Source: Catajapyx aquilonaris (Eukaryota). Taken from it: DNA of 58,337 nucleotides. The stretch is from NCBI GenBank assembly GCA_000934665.2, contig KZ538328.1, positions 62,001 through 120,337 of the forward strand, written 5' to 3'. The position numbers were made by a program, and so were the translations under genes. Positions 51,866 to 58,337 of this stretch are shown here, piece after piece. Within the stretch, counting starts at the first letter, position 1. Every line of letters starts with the position of its first letter. Under the pieces are notes generated by a model that saw only the letters and a list, made by a program, of their open reading frames with translations, was not told the DNA's origin and did not search any database.

Positions 51866-54025
51866 AACTGTTTGTAATCACATTGTAATAATCATTGCGG
51901 CATTTATCATATTGAAAAATGCTAAAAAACTAAACAAAAATGCTCAAATTGTATAGCATATCTGCTGTGCTGGATGACACATTACAGAGTGAAAGGGAGA
52001 GGGCCATGATCTGAGGGACGTATTATGTGCAGAAGAAGCTTGTTTTTGTCTGGCTGAGTGGCTGACCTGCTAGACCTAATCTAGACCTCGGTTTAATTTT
52101 TGTGTAAACCTTGTGGTCATTTTTATAATTCAGTTCTTGTAATATGATATGCTAACAATACATGAAACGAGGGCTAGAACAACTGCAAGATATGGCTTCC
52201 TTCTGGCCGGTTTCCTTATTTCCAAACCTGCTGCTCCTGCCTCACTTGACTGCAACATTTGCACCCATCTGCAAATGGTGTTCATTTTAGGTTGCGCTAC
52301 AACTTTGCAGACCAGGTGAAGGTAACTTGCAGATGGCAAGTACTTACGGGTGGGTGCTAATTTTGCTGCCCTTCATGTCCCACTTGTTTCTAATCCTACC
52401 GTGGTAACCTCCTCCACGGCCACCACAGAAGACGTCACCATTAAAAAGATCTTGCCCACATCCACCAAACCACGTCCACCAGGGAATCCTTCACCAAATG
52501 TGCAGAATGGAATCCTCCAGCACCATGGCCTTCCCTGATTTTACTCTGTCTTCCCCTGCACCCACCCCTAAAGCCACTACCTCCATCGCCACCTCCATCG
52601 CCGCCACAGATGACATCCTGCAAATTTCAAAATGCATCATTAATGAGCACATTACCTGTTCTCCAGGAATGCTGGTAAAACCTACTCTGTATGGGAATTA
52701 GCCATGCAAGGTCCTACTCAGAGATACCACTAGCACTCAGCTGAGACAAATAGCTCCTGATATATTGCCTCACGTTATGTTTCATTTGAACACACCTATT
52801 ACAAATACTGGCCCATATTATCTAATCTTTGCATGAGGCAACTGCAAGGGCAATTATTGTGAATGGAAGTAGACACATTGTATCATTAGACCTGGTTTTG
52901 AAACTTTCGCTTTTACTCCTTGAGGAGTCAAACAATGTTACATAATGTCTGGAAATTGCAACACGAAAAATTTAAAGTAACGACCAAATGACCCACCCCT
53001 GTGAAGAAGACTTCGGCGGATTTTCCCATATTGTGTATGGCAGGCGAGTCCATGTGGCCCATCCTGGTTCGACCGCGCGACCCAGACGCGTCGAGAACGG
53101 GTTCAAACCTAGTCGAATTCGCAGAAAATAAAGCCGATACTGGCCAAAAACTAACAGAAATCAATTTTCTTCTTTGCTTTTGCCAATGTTGGGTCGCCAT
53201 CTTAAAAACTCATCAACTAATCAGCGATTAGATCTGGGGTCACGTGATCCCAGATGTGATGATGTGGCGGAAGAAGCCGGGGAGGGAGGAAGGGAGGAAG
53301 GGAGCCCTTAGGTGTTGGCACCATTGGAGAGATCGTTCACCTGTTGTTGACAAAGGCGGTTGGTACCTCATTCCAGTTGGAACACGCCAGATGAACGGAC
53401 GTGCCGCTTGGAACCTGTGTGCGAGCTGAACAGGTCGGCGTTTTATTCCCCTCCTCTGCTCCTTACTTTTTACACTTTATACATCAAGCACACGGATCAA
53501 CCATGCACCGCAAACGTAAGTCTGCAAATGTCATCCTGGAGGATAAGGACCCCGGGGAAGCTGAGGAAGAGGAGAAGATGACTACCCTGACGAGCATCTC
53601 GTCCAACTGGGCCACACTCGGTTCCTTTCCCTTTGTCTCACCCACTCCTAGAGTGTAAGTTAAGGCATTTCTTAGGGTCAGATTAGGGAGGATGGGGTGT
53701 CGAATGTTGGCTGAACCGGTGTACGGCACTGGCATAGAACGACTCTGTCATTTGGCCCAAGCTGCACATAGCTACATATGTCTACTTCCTTGTTACTCTT
53801 GTTTGAAGTGGCGGATTTGCGTGCAACTCCCACCATGGATGAATCTGGGGCCCCAGAATTTATTATAAAAGTATGAGCGCTCATAATTCAGCCATTTTTG
53901 AGTTGCAAACAGCCGAAATTTGGGATTTTGAACGTTCTAATCTGGGCGGGCAAGCCCCGATCAATTGCCAGGGGACATACCTGTCCTTAGATCATTCGGA
54001 ACGTGGACTGCTAAACCTATTAAAT

Positions 54026-54273
54026 TGACGTCATTTTATTCATTTGGCAGCAAATTAATTACAAATTGACGACAAATTGATCGAGAAATTTTGTTCTAAA
54101 TAATGTCAGGGTGGTGGACATATTTGAAACGACTCCGGGCCGTTGGAAAGAAAATCAATAAACTTGTTCCAAACATGACGTCATTGAGAGCACAAAGATG
54201 GCGGCCGCCACTGGTGGCATCGCGACCAATGACAGCCAGGCAGCCATCTTGGGGGATGGGGTTCGAGGGCGGG
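54026..54273. promoter_or_regulatory. Cluster of promoter-type motifs
   Basis: TGACGTCA at 54026 and 54176, YY1/Pho-like AAGATGGCGGC at 54195, CTCF-like GCCACTGGTGGC at 54207, CCAAT at 54226 and GGGCGGG at 54267. No associated transcript identified. Confidence 0.3.
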
Positions 54274-54444
54274 CAAGTTTTGAAAAGATCATTGCCCTTA
54301 CTATTTGGGGGTGTGATAACTGGGTTGCTACGTAAGATATGTTGCTTCTTTCCATGCATAGTCTTGTACCTCTTTCCAGTACAGTACTCTGTCCGAGTAG
54401 CTACAGCCTACATGTTCTTACATAATAATTGTATGTAAGGTAGG

Positions 54445-54932
54445 CTACCTATTAAAGTCTTAAGGGAAAGTTTATCTGTTTGTTTGCCCATGGCAATGGG
54501 GTTATCATGGACAAACAAACACATACACATACACACAAACCATGGCAACAGGTTCCATGGCAAACAGTGACTCTGACATCAACAGTGATTTACTGTTGCT
54601 AACTCGTTCTCTCCATAGTAACGTCGATACAATACCATGGCAACAATGCCATTCAGCAATATCAATGGTACCATGATAACATAGCTTATTTGTTTGTTTA
54701 TTTGTCCATAGCAACGAGGTTATCGTGGACAGACAGACAAGCAAGCAAGCAAGCAAGCATGCCATGGCAACCGGTGACTATGACATCAACAGTGATTGAT
54801 TGTTACTGATTCGTTGTTTCCATAATATATTATTATAGTAATATTAACACAATTCCATGGCAACAATGACTTTCAACAATATTAATATGGTTCCATGGGA
54901 ACAGGCCGTGTGAAGAACGGGCCTCCTGCTAG
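54445..54932 (+). mobile_element. Non-autonomous Helitron with internal ~215-bp tandem duplication
   Basis: 3' hairpin AGGCCGT-gtgaaga-ACGGGCCT followed by CTAG|T (54929-54933). The 5' region CTACCTATTAAAG...AAAGTTTATCTGTTTGTTTG resembles arthropod Helitron 5' ends. Units ~54476-54685 and ~54686-54905 are homologous. The 5' boundary is approximate. Confidence 0.75.
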
Positions 54933-55239
54933 TCATTGCACACTTTGGAATCAAAGAATAGCCTGGGCAGCAGCAGAATAGTGGCTATAAAAGCTACTTC
55001 GTTTTATCAGACACGCAAATGAGCAAGAGTTACTTTGGTTGACCTGAAATTGGCTAATGCCAGTACATGTATACAGGGTGTTCCATTTGAAACGATCTTT
55101 GTGCGGTCATCGTTATTTTTGGGGGATCTGAGCTGCTTCCTTTTAAGCTGTTCCTTTTGTTTTGAGTAATTACTTTCAGTGGTTATCAAACGTATTAGTT
55201 ACTAATATTAGGCCAATTTGATTCAAATGTTCAATAATT

Positions 55240-55295
55240 GTTAAAAGCGGGAGTCCCACGAAAGCGCGTGCTTTCATGGGACTCCCGCTTTTAAC
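55240..55295. repeat. 56-bp near-perfect palindrome with TTAA ends (Kolobok-like mini-element)
   Basis: gTTAA-AAGCGGGAGTCCCACGAAAGC-gcgt-GCTTTCATGGGACTCCCGCTT-TTAAc. A TTAA TSD with RR...YY termini fits Kolobok. Confidence 0.6.
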
Positions 55296-55721
55296 TTCGG
55301 ATTTCATCCGTCCCCCACCTCGGAGCCCTGTGATTGATGGGTTCATTGGGAGGCTGGTGACCTGTATCATCTGGGTAACCTCGAATATGCCGACAGTGCA
55401 GCGGTGGTTTGCTGTGGCCCGCGGTTCGCGGACGAGTTCTTTCGTTTGGATCCTATAGTCTTTTTTTGACCTGCTGGACTTGATTGCCAGGTTGGACCTG
55501 TTGTGGTAACCCCTGTACAACTGCTGCTCTTGACAACAGTCTCGCCAGGAAGAACCTAAGACTGGGTTGGCTACGATTGTTTGCCTGGTGAGCCATACGA
55601 GTTTTTGTGTAGGATGCTTGCTGGATTGAGAAAATCAGTTGATGTCAAATCAAAAGGGTGGGCTGAATCGGGGAAGGCTAAAATAGATGGGTTCTGCCAG
55701 CGGAAGGAGAGCGGAGGAGGC

Positions 55722-56440
55722 ATGGGCGGTCGAACACCTAGCAAGGTGAGGGGGGAGAAGAGGAAAGGAAGAGGTGGGGGTCACCTCTTCCTTTCCTCTT
55801 CTCCCCCCTCACCTTGCTAGGTGTTGTAGTCAGCCGGGATGAGGAGGATGCTGCGGGTCAGGAAAATGAGTCCGAAAGGAGGACCAAACCTGGAAGAGCT
55901 GGAGGAGCCGGGAGGAGCAGGCGACAAAGTGGCAGCCCTGATGGCAGGGAAGGAGACGAAGGGAATACCTGTTCTCTGGGAGGGCTGAAGGATATGATGG
56001 CCCAAGTGATGGAGAAGATGGAGGGGCTGTTTGAAGACTTCAGGAGGATATACGAATGGATGTCTAGGGAGCTGGCACATCTGCAGAAGACGGTGAATGA
56101 CATGAATGAGCTCTGTACAAAGAAGACGACAAAGTTGGAGAAGGGAACAACCACGGAGTGAGACCGCAGAAGCGAAGAAGGAGAGGGATGTGTTCCAGAA
56201 GGAGCTGGTGGGCCTGGAGAACAGAAGTAGAAGGGACAACCTGGTCATCTCCGGAATATCAGAGGAGGTCGGGGAGGACTGGGCCAGGACAGAGAAGCTG
56301 AAGTAGATGGTGAAGTAGAGAATAGGTTGGACGCTTAAGTCCATCTCCAGGGCCACCGAGTTGGGCCAAATACTGCAGGGAAGGAAAGGAAGATCGTGGT
56401 GAAGTTTGATAGCGGGAAGTGGGCCAGAATAAATGCCTCA
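55722..56440 (+). pseudogene. LINE ORF1 (L1ORF1p-like coiled coil plus RRM), disrupted
   Basis: A coiled-coil region is followed by LENRSRRDNLVISGISEEVGEDWARTEKL and, after stops and frameshifts, HRVG...RKIVVKF. These are the hallmark ENRSRRNN.I.G..E and RAHR.G...R.I.VKF motifs. Confidence 0.8.
55733..55825. repeat. Perfect 44-bp inverted repeat with 5-nt loop
   Basis: AACACCTAGCAAGGTGAGGGGGGAGAAGAGGAAAGGAAGAGGTG-ggggt-exact reverse complement. Confidence 0.95.
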
Positions 56441-56479
56441 GAGAATTGGACAGACTGTAAGTATAACCTTAAAAGGAGC

Positions 56480-56733
56480 CAGGAGAAGAGGACTATTTGA
56501 AAAGGGACAACGTTAAATTCCTCGAGGTCCTAGCAAAGCTGAGATGTGGAACGCTTACCAGAAGCAATTGGACGAGGAAAGAAAATGCTATTTGTGTGGA
56601 GAGGATGTCGAGGGTGGAGGGTCTGATGCATATAACGAGGGATTGCAGGGCCATGGATAGAGAGAGGTTGTTATGGGCCCAGGGAGTTGAAGAAATGACA
56701 TTATTTAGAAGAGTTGTATTTATTTTTACTTGA
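56480..56733 (+). pseudogene. LINE ORF2 C-terminal tail with CCHC zinc knuckle, disrupted
   Basis: EEDYLKRD...LAKLRCG, then after a frameshift and a 7-bp duplication EERKCYLCGEDVEGLMHITRDC (C-x2-C-x8-H-x4-C), typical of the non-LTR ORF2 end. Confidence 0.7.
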
Positions 56734-56767
56734 TGTTAGGAAGAGAAGTGGCTTATGCAGGTATATA

Positions 56768-56880
56768 CAGGGTGTAAATGAATTCGGGAGACAAACTTGT
56801 AGGGGTAATAGAGGGGACCAAGACAAACATTTGACCTAAGAACCCGTGTCCGGAAACGCCATCTGGGTTCATAGACAAGG
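56768..56880 (+). mobile_element. Tc1/mariner left TIR region
   Basis: TA-CAGGGTGT...AAACTTGTAGGGGTAATAGAGGGGACCAAGACAAAC...GTGTCCGGAAA resembles a widespread arthropod Tc1/mariner terminus. The right end is not seen in the window. Confidence 0.6.
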
Positions 56881-58337
56881 AACGGGTGCGCTCAGACGCG
56901 TCACGCGGGCGGCGTTAGCGAGCGGACCCGTTTAGTTGCTAGGTGGTGCGCGGATTGTACACAACTTTACAATTCGCCATAACCTGGCAACAACAGAGCC
57001 ACCTAACAACTAAAGTCAGCATGCTAGGTCCTAGGTGCGTATTCCTTAACCCTACCTGGGCTCAACTGGCGCTTCCGAATACGCATCACCGCTCTCCCGC
57101 CGTGACGTCACATGCGGGTGTTGTTGGACGCGCTCTAGGACACGATTCAGGCAATTGTTGACAGGACGCATTGTTGAGGAGGATCCCGTTCCAGAAACCC
57201 CAGTATCTGTTACCCCAGCCATCTGTAATTGTTGAACAAGTTGAAACTGAAGCCCCGGCACAAGAGGAAGTACCTCAATCCACTCCAAACCACAAATGAG
57301 GCAAAAAGCCATGGTATATCAGCCGTATCAGCGTGCTGACAAATGTCGGAAACAATGGTATAGTGGACCCTGCAATTTTGGTGAGGATGATGGTGAATAT
57401 TGCATAGCACCACGAGTTTGACAGAGCAATTGAGTCTATTGGTGGATACAGACCCAACACAATAACCAGGAGGGATTCAGGAGGACTTGAGAATCAAAGT
57501 AACACAGAGAGTGCGATAATGATATTTCAGTGCCAACGCAACGGTGAGCCGGTGCCCCGGTGAGGTTGAAAATCTTGCCTCAGGATGTAAAATCCAGAAA
57601 GAGGCGTTACACACTAAACACTATAGTGCAAGTTTAGAGAAAGGGAAGGTAGAATGCATACCGCGCACATGAGTGTGAGCAATGCCAAAAATGGAGCTGT
57701 GGAGGGAGGCTATCACAGCCACCTTTTTACAAAATAATGTTGAAATGACTGCAAGGGATTAGCTGGGAAAATCTTTCACCACCACCCAGATGGTATTAGA
57801 ATGACCAAAGGCTCGCATTAATGGTACGTTGGGAAAGGGATAAGTTATGCAGTTTCTCTCTTATACGTACTTTTGTTAATATTGAATGACTTATTGCTCC
57901 ATGACAAATGCGTGTGGGCCCAAGAAATATATTGTATAGGCCTACAGGTTTTTTTTGTCTTGGGCATACCAGTCCAGTGACTAATTTTTGTTCTTAGGGT
58001 TTTCTAAAGCGTAGAAAGTGTTTCACTATGCAACAGACACTCGCATTATTGTAAAGGTCTTGCGTCCTCTGAATACAGAATTATTTGCACATACACATAG
58101 CAGTTATGGAAATACTGCATACTATGTGTAGGTTCCCTGCAAGAACTATATGGTGAATGATAGGCAAACAACAAGGTTTTTTAAAAACTTTGTTATAATA
58201 ACACAATGTCAACAAGAGGCGTTGTTTAGAAACCGAAGCTGTAGCCTATATGCGAAACAAATAATTAATAAAAATAAGGCTTAGAATTTATTTCTGAAAT
58301 TAACTGGTGTAATATTTGCATAATGTGTGGAGACGAC

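Noticed and set aside
52350..52701. Thr/Pro-rich ORF fragments
   Set aside because: Low complexity, frameshifted, and no recognisable family.
55176..55520. Minus-strand ORF containing GLRGGG, suggestive of a ubiquitin C-terminus
   Set aside because: The rest does not follow the ubiquitin pattern, and the ORF runs through a palindromic insertion.

Overview
This is animal genomic DNA, probably arthropod, and not prokaryotic. It holds the last four coding exons of a + strand glypican gene of the Dally/GPC3-GPC5 type: 24963-25267, 40569-40692, 41512-41686 and 45639-45802. They splice in frame (phases 2, 0, 1) into about 255 C-terminal residues with conserved Cys motifs, Ser-Gly heparan-sulfate sites and a GPI-signal tail. 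No upstream exon is recognisable, so 1-24962 is probably one large intron. The introns carry scattered MITEs (Tc1/mariner, Tigger-like, hAT-like, foldback-like) and a fold-back mariner relic. Downstream of the gene (about 47-57 kb) is a dense transposon graveyard. It contains two near-identical Gypsy-type LTRs in inverted orientation (one with a tRNA-His PBS, one with a PPT and pol tail), a diverged sister LTR sharing conserved stem-loops, a non-autonomous Helitron rich in RFX-like motifs, an internally deleted LINE, and several perfect palindromes. Almost all ORFs in the supplied track are spurious. I found no rRNA, tRNA or CRISPR, and no clearly new multi-gene system. The most unusual signals are the inverted LTR pair with apparently unprocessed ends and the repeated, covarying RNA stem-loop module in the LTRs. 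All alignments were done by eye.
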